Shown: piece by piece, positions 11,760 to 28,200 of the stretch
How positions within the stretch are numbered: position 1 is the first letter of the stretch
Layout: the number at the start of each line of letters is the position of its first letter
Source of the DNA: Catajapyx aquilonaris
Taxonomy: Eukaryota
Length of the DNA: 56,515 nucleotides
Direction: 5' to 3'
NCBI GenBank assembly: GCA_000934665.2
Contig: KZ538171.1
Location: 62,001-118,515, forward strand
The notes under the pieces: generated by a model
Databases searched by the model: none
Seen by the model: the letters and a program-made list of their open reading frames with translations, nothing else
What the model was told of the DNA's origin: nothing
Program-made: the position numbers and the translations under genes

Positions 11760-13251
11760 CCTTTCGCCTGCTGTAAAGTGCAGTGCGCAATAGAGCGGTG
11801 ACAGTGGGTCAGTGTCGGATGGGCTGCGGGTCTGTGGCACGGACGCACCAGTCACTGGAGTGGCGGTGGTGGTGTCCTCCGAAAGGGAGAGGAACCCACC
11901 CAGCATCAAGAGTGGCCATGCAGGGCACCCACTCGGGCCCTACCCACGCGGTGCATGCCTGTCCTCCTTTCAAGCTTATACTATAGACCCACCCTCCCTT
12001 CTACTTTTCCTTGCCCCCGAGGTGCCCTCCCGCCCTCCCTTCGGCCTTGCCGCCCTAGCCCCGTGCTTCGAAGGACAGGCCGTCCAGAGTCCAGTCCACC
12101 CACCCACCCAATAAAAAGAACAACAACAAACAGCGATGACCCACAGACCGTAGAGATCCAATATGGCGGCGAGGGTGTCAGACGCCATTTTGAGTCCAAA
12201 TTCGATCAAAGGGCGGGAACATGAATGGGCGAATCGTACTGTACTTCACATACGTGTGCTATTTGAAACGATTTGCACCATACCATTGAATAACACCGTA
12301 CCGATAAACGCTATGTGACTACAGCGAACTCGAAAAGTATAAAAGTCAGCGATCAAATGATGGAAATGACTACTTACCCTTTTAAAACGCACGAAATTTT
12401 TTGAGGTGATGAGACCAAGTAATCCCGTGTACGGCACACGCACTACTGCAGACAAACCGTGTTTTCGTCTTTCAGTACGAAACCGTTACACTTCCGTGTG
12501 CCTACTTCTTTTCGGTTGGATACTGGAGTGTCTGGTCCCGTTCCGTACTTTGTTGTTACAGTTACAGCACCGTTGAAACAAGATAAGTTTAGGGTGATTG
12601 AATGTATGTCAGTTAGATCCCAACGATGCAAGGCAAAGAATGAGTTGCTTTTGCATACATGCATATTTATGAGAAGAAAAATCGATACATTCTGAATGTG
12701 TTGCGTGAATAATAACTGTGTGCACATTCTTCATGCGCAATCTGGGTAAATCGGGTTTGGTGGAATAATCACTGTTACGTAATTCCTCACATGTCTTACT
12801 GCACGCAATATATTAACCTGTAATGCGTATGTTTGAGCAGCATTCTCTACGAGTAGTAATTACGCAACTTTCTCATATAACTCTTATCAGCATCTCCATC
12901 TACATTGTAATAGCCTACCAAGAGACAAAATTGCTGATGGACTATTACAATGACAACCGATGAGCATTTTTATGAGTCAGTAACGCACTCGGTCTATTAC
13001 GTCACAAACTGTGTTACCGTCAGTGTTACGATCACGCAACAGGAAGCCCCCTAGTAAGAGTTTACCGGTTTTGCTCTTGCGTAACATTGGCTCCATCGTC
13101 ATCAAAGCGTCAAGTGGGTTATTTTCAAGCGTACGGTGCAAAAATCGATGCAGCTTTTTACGCCTCAAACGGAGTCAAGCGAATGGTGACCTTTGTCAGT
13201 TTTGACGTCACTAGTCATTCATATTTGGGGCCGACCTGGATCCGAACCCAG
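11760..13251. promoter_or_regulatory. Probable bidirectional promoter region with non-coding first exons (HDAC6 leftward; TENT4/MIPEP rightward)
   Basis: CpG-retaining segment between divergent genes; YY1-like motifs AATATGGCGGC (~12160) and CGCCATTTTG (~12183); TGACGTCA at 13203-13210; minus-strand donor G|GTATGC at 11759; plus-strand perfect donor CAG|GTGAGT at 13251/13252. TSS positions cannot be fixed. Confidence 0.55.
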
Positions 13252-15518
13252 GTGAGTCACATCGTTATGCCGTATCTGCATATATAGGTGTAATGCGAAA
13301 CCCGACGGGCGGGGGGGGGGGGGGGGGGGNNNNNNNNNNACAGGGAGGTTTTTTAACCCCCGGGGAAAGAACTTTGGCAAGTGGCCGAGCCCAAATGTGG
13401 GCCATTCCTATGTGGAGATCTCACTGGGGTGCGAAGTGCGAATGTTTACGGCCGAGTCTCTGCCACGCGATTATCTAATAGCAGTTTCGTGGCAACCATT
13501 TTTATGTTATTTCTTTTTTTTTCTTCCAACCCTCCAGTGTGCCCCCCTGGCCACAAATCCGAAACATGTCATGAGTCACCTGGAGGGGCTGCCACCTATT
13601 TTTGGACATTTTATCCGGATATTTTTAGGTAGGTTTAACTCTCAATTGACAGGACGGTTCGTCGGTCCCATGCAGATAGATACATACATAGTAACTAGAA
13701 TCGTTCGGGGGGGGAATGCCGTCACTACCAACCACCCACGCTGCACACCGCCATCAACCAGTCCGTATTGGGCTGCTGGCAAGCTGCCAAAGTCTGACCT
13801 GAAACCTGGCATATTTCCCCCTCCACCAGCTCCGACATTTTCCTTGAATTCGCTCCATCTAGTCAGGCACACTGACCGGAAACATGCCGGGCATATCCCA
13901 AGGCCATTTCCACGCAGGCCGAACTGGAAGAGAAAAATTCAAAAGCCCGCCTCACTTCCCTAGTCAAATCAGCATTCCGCATTTTGCATTTAATGGCGTA
14001 AATTTAGTTACACCTTTTTTTTAAAAAAAAGTTTTTTTTTTAATTTGCAATTTTTTTTTGTTGAGCTGCAATATAATCCCCCCCCCCCCTATCCCTCCAC
14101 CATCTTGTTCCTTCCCCTCCCCCTCCCCTCACGCATTTTACATCACAGCCTTCCGAGCCAATCCACCGGGCTCCCCACCTCCCTCCAGTCCGCCGCCCCT
14201 CCTCGGCTGGCTGCCCCTCTCCGGTCCGCCTGAGGTAGGCCGCCTACTGCCCGCTCCCGACATCATCGCCAGGCAGGCAGCGATCCCGCAACCCGCACCC
14301 GGAACACTACAGGGTAAAAGCCCTCATTGGGACAGATGGCATCTGGGTGTAGTGCTGTAGTACGGCAGCGTGTGTGCCTCCGAGTAGCACCTTTTATAAC
14401 GCCTGCCTGCACGTGAGGGACCCCGGTGTGCTTCCCCGACCGCGCCTCCTCCATTCCTTCCATGTTTGAAGGGTACCCGATCGATATCCACCCGAGCGGA
14501 CTCGGGTCGGGGGAAAGGGAACCCCCTCCTCCCTCAATATTTCTGACCCAGTTTGGTCTTTGGCGCACTGTGTCTAGGGTATGGAGGCTTTAAAATGGTA
14601 GGATGGGAGGAGACTGGGCTATTTTAAGGGGGAGGGTGGGGGGGACATTGCTATTTATAGGCTTGACCTCCTCAGGGGCAAGTGATGACCACCACAGGTT
14701 AGGGAGGGAGAAGGGCTTGTCCTTTGGTGATGGTACATTTTATCAGGGAGTACGCACTGGTGGTGATCCGTGCAGTGCCGAGATAGGGTGGTGGCAGATG
14801 CACATGTTGCGGTGGGGATAAGTGCAAGTCCACTGGGGGAGTGATGATAATTTTGGGAGATTGCGCTTAGATTGTCACTGTGGGGGGACACAGCTGTAAT
14901 GCAATGGAAACATCAGGATTAGATCACAAATTTTCATCCATCCATGCCTGCAGTGGGATGTCAGCTACGAATTCATGCTACCTTCTGTGTCGTCATTGAC
15001 GAGGGGCATGGGCCCATGTTGCCTGGATCTTGATAATTGCGGAACTAATTTTTCAGTAGGTTGCGTGACCTGGAGAGAGAAATATCGAATAGTTGATCCA
15101 AGAAGCCAAGAAAACAAGGTGACAAGCACAAAAAGAAAGTGTTTTCCTATGGGACTTGTTGGTATTGGCCTCATGAATGCATAGTGCTCGAGTGTGTGAA
15201 AGAAGAATGTGTATGAAAAAAAAGAGGACCATTTGCAAGTCAAACCCAGTGATTCAATAAAATTCAGAAAAGGTCAGGGTTACTTGATAAGCAAATAGGT
15301 TAACCATCAATGGGATTTGGCTGGCAAATGAGGTTTGAATTATGCATTGACCAAGTGTAGCTGTTGCAAAGGACAGCTGACACGATCTTGAGTGACGTTT
15401 ACACTCATTCTTGCTGCTTTTTTCACAATTCCAGATACCCCAGCCAACAAATGCACACTGGCAAAGAGCATTGAATGGACTTCTTGAGGGTGACATCTGG
15501 ATGCGTCTTTCTGGGTGA

Positions 15519-17558
<2,040 letters not shown>

Positions 17559-18816
17559 AAACCTTTCCATTTCTTTTCTTTTTGCGTCAGTGGCTCCCTA
17601 CTACTTAATGCGACTTTATGTGACTCCATTAGTGAACTCCTTTCCCATGCTTTTAAAAATCATGTCCCTACTTGACTCCATGAGAACATACTTTTGCCTC
17701 TTGATGATTTCATCTTCCGGGAAACCAGTGTAATTTTTTTGCTGGTATTACCCTTTACCCATTACTTATTTTGAGGATTTAACTTGTGCCTTGTTGGATT
17801 TAAGCATGTTGGTTATTGTGCTCTTTTATCTGGCGAGGCAACCACTTACTGTGCTCCTGCCCTGACCCCCCAGCCCTTACCCTTCCTTCTACTTTTGTTT
17901 TTAAAAAAAGGAAAGAAAAAGCACAAAAATAAACACACTTGCTTGTAAGTAAAATATCATTGTCCATATATTATGGACCATGTTATTTGTTGAAGGATCT
18001 CTTTTGTAAATGTTGCAGAAAAAAAAAATGTTTAAGTTTAACATGAAAAATATATAGTGTATTTTGTGAACAGTTTACTTCTGGGACAAAAAGGAAATAA
18101 TGATGAATCGCAACTTTAGTAAAGTAACTTGAGACTCGATTATTAGACTTGAATGCACGTTTTTGCAACAAAAAGTTCAAATATGTATGCATTACATGCA
18201 GCTCATGGATATTATTAACTTGTCATAATCATTTTTAAATGTTCTCAGTTTTTATACTTGCATTATTAGTGCCAGTGGTTCTATTGTTTTTGGTTTCTTT
18301 TTTTTTCGGAATGGGTGTGTTTGTGTAGGTGTGAGCGTGTTACTGAACAAAATGGAAAAAAAAAGTGCCAGACAAAGTCTGCCACAACCGTTTGGCACGT
18401 ACTGGTATATACATTGTAGTTAAGGAATGTTTGGTGATAATAAACACATTGTAATTATTGTACATACAAAAAAAAAGGCTGTCTTTCAGTGTCCCCTCCC
18501 CTACCTACCTGGTTTCCCAGCAGATAAGCAACGGGCTGGTGATTCCATTTGGATGCAAGAAAGCAAGCCAGCCTGTTCACTTTAATGGTACAGTATAAAG
18601 TTGATTGTCCGGACATATATTGACGATTATCCGGACTCACAAGGCAAAATTATTGCGTGGCATTATATTTAAATCTTTTGCAGAGTCCGGATGGTTGGCA
18701 TTGTACTGTAGCATGACTGACACCATTTTAATATAGATTAATATGTTCTGCTCAGTAATTAAGCACTTTTTTTTTTTACAGAATACTGACCACAAAGGAC
18801 TGAAGAGTGAGGAGCA

Positions 18817-21800
18817 ATGATGAATCTACTTATGAAACATGCAGGGAAGCTCCTGCCTTATTCTCGCCAGCAATGTTTATGTTCTCTCACAACGTGGTCA
18901 GCCGTTGCCACTGCATTCAACACAAAGCCAGCTCAGAAGTTTTTGCCAAACATAACATCTGCTCCTACGGTATGCAAATCATGGTTCCTTTAAATTCAAA
19001 TCCCCTTTCATTAGCAACTTAGCTACTTTAATGATATCTCTTAGCTAAGTGTTGCATTTGAGAGTTTTGTTACTCAGAATGTTCTCTTGAACACCTCATT
19101 ATGACCAAAAAGCAAAATTGTCTAGAGCACTTGTCAAATGTACGCAAAGGGATTCCTGCCATAACCAAGAATGTGTGCTGTTTTAGTTAATAAGTTGGGT
19201 AACTTGTGTCTTATTCATTACTGTAGGGAAAATGTGTTGATGATGGATGATATTGAATAAAGGCAGGCATTTAAAAGAGGGCCAGAGGCCTGCTTTGAGG
19301 TGCCCAGGTATTATTTATTAAATTCCATTGTGATCAGGTGGTATTTGTGACTGTGCCTGCTGTATGATGAGTTAAAATACCCCAAATTACTGGAAAGGAA
19401 AAATGCAGTGAAGCCTGTTTCTAGTGAAACTAGGTATGCAGTGGAAACATGTCTGCTGCAGAAAAATTATGTAGTCCTTGTTACGAGATAAAGATTAGTA
19501 TTGAATTCTTGTTAAATGCAATAAAGCCTGATCGAAACTAATGCAGGGAGCAGTTGCAGTTCTGTCAGGAATTAAAAATAATGCCTTTAATAAAGATAAT
19601 ACTGTAATATTGTACTAAAGTTTTTCCCAAACTGTTATTAATCATGATTCTTTACTCTCCTAAGGGCTTATTTGGCATCCCAGAGCTGACATCGCCAGAA
19701 GGGTTTTATCTCCTGAAAGAGCAAGCAGTACAGCAGGCTGAAACCTTGGTAACTGAGGCTTGCAGGCCAGACCGCAAGCGCAAGATGGTGTCCATTTTTG
19801 ATGATCTCTCAGATTGCCTCTGCAGAGTGGCTGATATGGCTGAATTTGTCCGCCTGGCACATCCAAAGCCCAAGTATGCCCAGGCAGCTGAAGATGCCTG
19901 CTTAAGCATTGGAGTCCTAGTGGAGAAGCTAAACACACACCGTCAACTGTATGAGGCTCTGAGAGCTGTGGTGGAGCATGGAGACATTGATGAAACCTCA
20001 GACGTGGACAACCATGTTTCTCGCTTATTCCAGTTTGACTTTGAGCAGTGTGGAATTCACTTGGAGGAGAGCAGCCGGAAGAGGGTTGTGCATTTGAATG
20101 AGTACATCTTGTACCTGGGCCAGCATTTCATGTCAAATTGCTCCAATCCTGCATCTGTGCCAAAAAGTTTGATCAACGCCGACATGAGGAGCTATTTTCC
20201 AGAGGAGGGTGGAAATCTGATGGTGTCAGGGTTGTGTGCAGAGCATCCAAATGAGTCGGTACGAGAGGCTGCTTACAGGATGTTTTTGAAACATGACCAC
20301 AAGCAGGAGGAAATCCTCATGGAGTTGCTGGAGTCACGCTTCGAGCTTGCCCGGCTCTGTGGGTTTGCCACATACAGCCACAGGTATAATTATGTCGACA
20401 TGGGGATGATCCATGTTCACTCTGGAAATTACGGGGGGAGAGCTTATTGTGTTTGATAATTTCACTTTGAGAACACAGTCATGTGAAATATCATAATTAT
20501 TTCTCAAGAAGAATGATGTAAGTTGATATAATAGTCAAGATTCACAATATTTAAAATAATTCCATCATGGAAAGGAGCGGAAAGAATAAATTGTAAGTTG
20601 GTGTAGCTAGGGCTGCACGTTACTTAATCATGAAGTGTTGGAAGAGGGGCGAAAACTGCAAAGCTAATGTATGGCCCATGCCACCATTTTGACTGCTTTG
20701 ATCTTGAAGCAGTGCTTAGCAAACATATTTGGTGTCGCAAGGGAGATTTTTNNNNNNNNNNNNNNNNNNNNNNNNNNNNNNNNNNNNNNNNNNNNNNNNN
20801 NNNNNNNNNNNNNNNNNNNNNNNNGGGGGGGGGGGGGGAGTAGGGTTGAATTGGAATGAGGGTCATGAATTTTACAGAACGATTTTCTGTGGTCGCTAAC
20901 AAAAAAGATTGGGAAGCACTGTCTCAGAGAATGGGGTGGAGGGGAGGTCACCTTTTATTAGGAAATTGGGAAGTGATTTACAGGAGCATGCTAGGACATT
21001 CATGACCTGTTGACAATGAAAGAGGAATGGGGAGGATCTACGTATGTTCTTCATTCTCCAACTCAAAAATTAAACCTCTCAAGTCTATTTTTTTTGCTAC
21101 AGTTAGCTCTGTTTCTGTCACTCACAGTAGCTTACATTGCAGCAGTGTTGGCTTAAGAATAGGGAAGACCGGGGCACAGTGGTCTACTTTTGCACATTTG
21201 AATTTTTCAAAGAGTCCGTGTTATACCTACACACCAAATATTTTCTGGCATGGTGGAGGTACTCATTGGTAATACACGTCCCTAATATATTCACAGGCAG
21301 TGCCATCCATTAGGCTTAAAAATATTTTAGAAGCTGCTGTATGCCAATGGACCCTGTACCCTGATGCCTGGGGGACAGTGGTCGGGAAATGATTGGGACC
21401 CCTAATTCACATATAAGAAACATACTTAATTTTTATCATACATCTAACCCCTCTAAATAAATAGGTAATAATTAAAAGGGACTTCTGTCACTGCAACCTG
21501 CGGACACAAGTGCAAAAGCGTCTCTCTCCGGAAAGTAGACCTTGTCCTGCCACATCCTTTGGCGCATGAACTTTATTTCATACTGGTGTCTATCAAAACA
21601 ATTAACATATAAACCTATGATGACATTAATTGCTGTGCAGAGGCTAAATGGGGCACGGTCATCCACAAAGAGGTGCACATTTGTCCATGGACCACTGTCC
21701 CCAGAGGGCAGCAACTGACATGATATGAATCATAGCTTCCGTTGCAAATGATGGTTTCCAAATTTCTAGCATTTATGCACAAAGAATGACACTATTCAAC

Positions 21801-23989
21801 AACATTTCCACATCAGGGTCATTTAAACTGTTGGTTAGAAGTAACTTCACTATCCTTCAAAGAGTTTTTCCTGATACAGCAGGATCACAGGCATCTCAGA
21901 GGTGGCTGTCATGTTTGCAGGATGCACAATAGTGACTTGTTTCACGAGGTACCAGATGGAGATGTTATTCCAGTTTCTTGTATTTTTAAAATAGAAAGGA
22001 CCACTGCGCCCCGCTCTCCCCCTATAGATCATTAGAATTGCAGAATTCCAGTCTCTTCTGTGGTTAGCATGTTCACCAGAACTTTTCCAGCATACAACTC
22101 AATAACATTTTTAAATGCAGAGCACTGCGAGGAAGCACTGCTGAGTCACCTGGGATGGTGAAAGATTTCCTGGATCTACTGTCACAGCAACTCAAGGACA
22201 GGGCAGGCAAAGACTTTGCATCCATGAGCCAGATGAAAGGATCAGAAATGTTTCCTTGGGACCCTCCATACTACACATCCAAAGCCAAGGTTCACCTGAT
22301 GCAAGGGACAGGAGGGAATTTGACCCCATACTTTTCCCTCGGTTCTTGTATGGAGGGATTAGACCTCCTGTTCCAGAGTTTGTATGGAATATCTCTGGTG
22401 GCTGAGGAGGTACAACTTGGAGAGACCTGGTCATCCGATATTTATAAGCTCAAAGGTAAGCATTGGTGCCAGGTGGCAAACTTAATGTTTCTTGGGAACC
22501 AGACCTGAATCTTGCTTATTTATCAAGGACAGGTTTTGTGGTCTATTCCAGAAATGGGCGATAAAAGTATAAAATTGCTATTGACAATATATGCTTAGCA
22601 TGAAAATTTCTTTGGTTTTTGGATCCTGCTTTTGGATTTTGGCAGGACTATTGCATCAATATTTAATTGCCTAAAAATGTGCCTTGTATTTTTTCTACTT
22701 GGTAATATTTCTGCCACATGGTGAAACCTGTCACTTGTGGACCTTTCATTTGTTCTCAGCAGGGGATTCTCAATGCAATTCTGTCATGCTTAAGGGAAAC
22801 TCAATACAGGGAAATTTCCTGAATGGTGTGACTGGGCTGTAGATAGGTTTCACCATGGATGATAAACAACTTTCCTGAGCCTCTTGACAAATCTTCCAGT
22901 GGTCCATGAGAAGGAGGGTGTGCTGGGCCATATCTACTGTGACTTCTATGAGCGATCAGGCAAGCCATACCAGGACTGCCACTTTACAATTCGTGGAGGG
23001 CGCAATCTCCCGTCTGGTGACTACCAGAACCCAGTGGTGGTCCTGATGCTCAACTTCCCCTCTCCATCTGGCTGGAGTGGAGGACCCTCCCTCCTGTCAC
23101 ATGGCATGGTAGACAACTTGTTTCATGAGATGGGTCATGCTCTGCACTCCATGCTGGCCCGCACCTCCTATCAGCATGTGACAGGGACTCGCTGCAGCAC
23201 CGACTTTGCAGAAGTGCCATCTGTGCTTATGGAATACTTTGCATCTGACCCAAGAGTGCTCTCCAGATTTGCTCGGAGGCATACTGATGGACAGGCCATG
23301 CCAAAGGAGAACATCAAAGCCTTGTGTGCTTCAAAACACCTCTTTTGTGCCTCTGAAATGCAGCTGCAAACCTTCTACTCTGCATTGGACCAGAGATACC
23401 ATGGGGAGCTTCCTCTCACGATGTCCACTACAGATGTACTAAAGGAGGTGCAGAAAGACTATTATGGATTGCCTCACGTTTCTGATGCAGTAAGTCACGA
23501 GTTGGAAATTGCTTACTTGCTTTCCCCCTTCCCCCGAAGCTCACATGATTTCTATGTACTGTACAGTACATTTTAATAGGTGATTTGGGAATAGGCCTTC
23601 AATAGCTGCTCCTGCAGCAACTCCTGTATGCCTTCTCACTGCAGCCATTGTTTCTGTTTGATCATTCACATTCCTGGTACATTTTCTTGCAGGCTTGGCA
23701 ACACCGATTCAGCCACCTGGTAGGGTATGGCGCCAAGTATTACTCATACCTCATGTCACGAGCAATTGCTTCCTGGATCTGGCAAGAGTACTTCCAAGCT
23801 GACCCTTTCGACCCAAAGTCTGGTGAGAAGTACCGCCAAGAATGCTTGGCCCATGGGGGAGGTAAACCCCCGCGAAAGCTAGTGGCAGACTTTTTAGGGA
23901 AGGAAGTGGGACCTGAGAACCTGGTCCAGTCGTTGATGACTGAAATAGATGACAGGCAGGCCATGGCAGATGCTATGAAAGGAAAATGA
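18817..23989 (+). CDS. MIPEP: Mitochondrial intermediate peptidase (M3A metallopeptidase), ~697 aa, 5 coding exons
   Basis: Exons 18817-18969 ([11 protein letters not shown]...WSAVATAFN...; transit-peptide-like), 19665-20383 (GLFGIPEL...[19 protein letters not shown]...TYSHR), 22121-22455, 22900-23489 ([10 protein letters not shown]...[13 protein letters not shown], HExxH zinc motif, [12 protein letters not shown]), 23693-23989 ([19 protein letters not shown]). Phases consistent (0,2,1,0), all GT-AG. Confidence 0.95.
20710..20921. mobile_element. Probable hAT-like MITE spanning an assembly gap
   Basis: Ends CAGTGCTTAGCAAAC / GATTGGGAAGCACTG; flanks tcttgaag vs tctcagag are only a degenerate 8-bp TSD. 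Confidence 0.45.
21162..22022. mobile_element. Non-autonomous TIR transposon (TA-flanked) in MIPEP intron
   Basis: TA|GGGAAGACCGGGGCACAGTGGTC ... GACCACTGCGCCCCGCTCTCCCCC|TA; internal copies of the GGGGACAGTGGTC motif in both orientations (~21371, ~21690). Confidence 0.75.
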
Positions 23990-25205
23990 CGAGTTGAAAT
24001 GATTTCTGCAGCAGCTGGAACAAACTGAGCTGCCCTCACCTGATGTAATATGACCAGAGGGATACCTGCCACAACGAAATGCTGCAGATGATTTTGGCTT
24101 CTGTGACTTCTGAAAGTTGACTCCTTGTGATCCCATAGCCATGTATGAGCAGTTGTGCAGCTAGACAGTTTACTACTTGAGAATTACACCCTCACAGCTT
24201 ATTAAAAACTATTACTTTCCCACATTCCCAAACCTGCAACCCATGAAACTTTTAAGGTTGAGTGCCTTTGTGTATGGGAGCCTAGACAGGGTCAGCACTT
24301 TTAGTATGTGTACCTTTGCAGACCAAACAGGTGTAAAATTCCAATCTATGCATTTTTTCCGTTACAACTGTAATTGTCAGGTAGTAACACGCTGTCTAAA
24401 AATAATCAAAATGTAGGACTTAATGTCCAAAAAAAAGTATCTTATGTGCGAGAAATCTGCTTCACTGTACTCGTGTGTAATCATTTTTGTAAGTGACACG
24501 TGAAGAAGAGAACAGGAGATAATGGAAAGTTGGGTCACATTTATTAGGACTGGTAAGAAAGAAACCACTTCCATTATTGCATTACTTTTTTGATTTTAGC
24601 TGCTTCCCAAAGGATTCAGCACTTTTTATACAAAATGCATTGAAGGTTTGTTACTTTTATTGATAAATTGACTGTAGTCTGAAAGTCCACTTTTTTGTCA
24701 CCGAGCACAACACAATACCTGTGGCATTCCTGCCAACTTTATTGTTGAGTCGACACCAGTCCCCTCATCAACAGATCCTCAAACATTTACATGAATTAAA
24801 ATTAATCGGCTGGAGCAGGGGCAGGGCTCACTTTTACACCTGGAGGGGCCAAATAAGGGGGGAGGAGAGATGCACGGAGGAGGAAAATGCTTCAGATACA
24901 CCACAAGTCCCAACCTACGTGACCAAATAAATCTCAGGGAGGTATGTAACAGGTTTTTAAAAAAAGTTCCTGCCTGATGGGAGTTCAAGCTGCAAAAATG
25001 TTCATCACTGTCTTCATACACACGAAAACTGCACACACTATTGGTATCTTTGCAGCAATACTTTACTCCAACAATGTCTTGGGCCAGTTCACAAGGGGTG
25101 GGTCAGGGGGGGAAAATGCACAAACTGGGATGATATTCCCTGCAGGCAAGGGCAAGATTAGGAAAGGAAATCATCTGGGCCAAGTGCAGAATTGGTGGTG
25201 ATTAT

Positions 25206-28200
25206 TTAGGCAACGTAGTTGTACTGGTTCGGATTGTCCTTGTCTCTCTCCATGTAATCCCGTTCGATGAGAGACTCAATGCGCTTCTTCAAGTCTGCAG
25301 GCTGTGTGGAAATGCAGATTAATTTGTATGTGCTGCTAAGGGCCATTATGTAAATGATTATCCAAATTAATATTTACCCTAAGCTGTAGTCATATTTAAT
25401 ATGGGTGAACAGTGCTGGAAAAACTGACGTGCAGCACCACAGCGGGTGGAAGCATTCATGAATCAACTCAGCAACACATTTCTGTGAGCCCAAGTCACTC
25501 TTCCACCCACACCAAGGGTACAAGCCAGTTTTTTCCTGCACTAAACCATACTCTACAAAATACACGGCCTATTGAACCACGTCAGCGGCAAAAACGTCAC
25601 TTACTTTCACTGGAAACTTGAGCTGGTTGTAGAGTTCACTGATCAGTAGGTTGTGGGTAAGTGTCTTCCTCATTTTCATGATCCGTACAATTGCTGCATC
25701 AATCTGGTACTGCCGATCCTGAAACACTCGCTCCTCTGTTGCCTTTTGCTCCTCAGTCTGAAATGATGCATCTTTGATGTTACCTTTTCAAACTGAAAAA
25801 CCTGCACCGAAGGAAAATATTACACAGTAGAAATTTTTACACATTCCTCACCTTACTTACCCTTCTACTCTACCCCTTAACTAATATCTGTCAAAACAAT
25901 AGATGCCCAAAATCTCTGGGACAAGATTGGATTAAAATTAAGCCTGCTATTTATCACAGGTCTGATATAACATACCGTCTCTTTCATCTGGATCTGATTA
26001 ATCTTGATGCGGAACAGCTTGTTACTGAACTCCCTATTGAAGACAAACCGATCACTGTCTTCAACATCCCTACCCCTGGGGACCTTCTGCAACACTCTCG
26101 CTTTTCCACAAGCCAGTGACTGTAACGTTCTTCTCAGTTCACCATCCTGTGGGTTTCAAATTGACAATTAGGTCTGGGGTCATAAGACTAGACAATTAAA
26201 CATACCTCAATGTTTGTAGCAGTCCTGACCTCGTCAAGGCCCAGCTCATCTATATCATTAAAGAGAAGCAGGACAAGAGCCTGGAAAAGGGACACCTGGA
26301 GCTCCTTCTTTCCCTGTGGAAAGTCAGCTCTAAGGACACAGTGGCCCAGAGTAGGTTGCCACTGTAGTTTGCGCCCACTGTGTTTGCCCAGGTAAAATTT
26401 ATTGAAGATGTCTTGATATTGGACCATCTCTGCCGGGAGGGTCACCTCCATCGGCTGATAGGTGGGCCAGTACCCCATGGTTAGTATGTTCACTGTCAGG
26501 TCTATGTTGGATGCTGCAGGATTCTTCATGTTTGCTGTGTACTGCAATGTTTTAATAGTGTCATGAGAAGGCTCCACTTATAAAATGCCATTAACTCAGA
26601 GGGATGTAACATACGGCACATCAACAGTTTGTTATACAATATGAAAGTTAGGATCAAGCAAAGGTCACAGTGACAGGCCTCACCTGCTTGAAAGCAATAT
26701 TGATATCCTTTCCCAGTTCCATGTCCTTAAACATGCCCTCGAGCTTGGATGTGAATCCTCCTCCACATTCCTGCTTCAACTTTGACAGCATGCTCTTCTC
26801 TGCATCCACACTGGCTGATTTGCCCACTAGTAGGCGTTTGGCCAAGTCCTTCTTATAGAAAGCCTCAAACACATCCTTGCCATGGATAAACCTGAACAAA
26901 ACCATTATTTTGTCCAGCAAACGCTCCAGCTCCTCCTCTGTTGCCTCCTTGTTTCCTGCGCGCAGCTTTGAGTCCACAAACTTGGCTGGAAGGAATCAGA
27001 TGAAATTTTTGGCAATATCATCATAAATGAACTTAATGTACTACCGTATTTACTCGCATATAAGACACACACGCGTATAAGACGCACCCCGGTTTTGAGG
27101 CGAAAAATCGTGGAAAATCGGTTGTTGACTCATATAAGACGCACCCAGATTTATTGCCGTAGTTTGGGAACTGGCCTCGAGCTGCCGGCAGCAACCTCAT
27201 GTGCAATGCATGTGCGTGTGGAATCCATTAGAATCCAGTAAAAAGGGGGGGGCAAGTGGAAAATGGGACAATGCTACGCATCTGAAACGTATAGGTGGCA
27301 AGGTCACACCGGAATTGTGCACGTGTGTGGACGGCCGAGGAGAGCGACGATGACTGATTCGAATGTGCGATGTTTTTAAATTTTTCCATAAACGATTTTC
27401 ACGATTTCTCACGGGTTTCACCCGTTGTGCCCTGCCGTATAAGACGCACACGCGTATAAGACGCACCCTACTTTTTGAGCTACAAAAATCGGAAAAAAAG
27501 TGCGTCTTATATGCGAGTAAATACGGTATATCGCTCAAAAGCATAGAGACGATTTTGAGCGATATGGTACAACCAACACCATCATATTCAGGAGTACTTA
27601 TGGCCTTTTCAGACAACCTCATGTTCCAAGTCAGGCTGAGCTAAGGCAAAGCTTCATACGCTAGTAAGTTTCACAGACCTGTATCAGTCACTCCCGTACT
27701 GTTTCCACCATCCAGGTGTAAGTGACGGGGGAACATTGATGGCTTTCCCAAATGCAGCAGTCATAATGAGCATGCATCGACCAATCCCAACCAACAGATG
27801 ACCAGGAAGTTAGGTTGTCTGAATGAGGCTTAAGTGTTTGAAAGTTCATAAACATAATTTGCATACCTATTAATTCAGCTGGCTTGTTAGCTCTTTGGTT
27901 GATGAAGTGCTCAAATGCTTCCTTCAGGCTGTTGATAAACTTTTCATTTTTCTGGAAGCAAGTTGACACGATGTTGTCCATTTTGTCCTTGAAATCCAGC
28001 AGCTCCTGCACCATCGTCTTGTCCTTCTCAGGGTCTATCACGATAGTGCGGCCTTTCTTTTGGAGTGAATAACACCCCAGACATTAAATCGGTTGCTCTT
28101 AAATTGAGAAATCACTCAGCTGAGATAAACTAACCTTTATGAAAGTATTGAAGTTGGTGCATAGCTCCTGCAACCCATTTCTGACACGGGAAAACAGGCT

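Noticed and set aside
13397..13963. 188-aa ORF next to an assembly gap
   Set aside because: No recognisable domain, low-complexity sequence adjacent to G-run and N gap; sequence quality doubtful.
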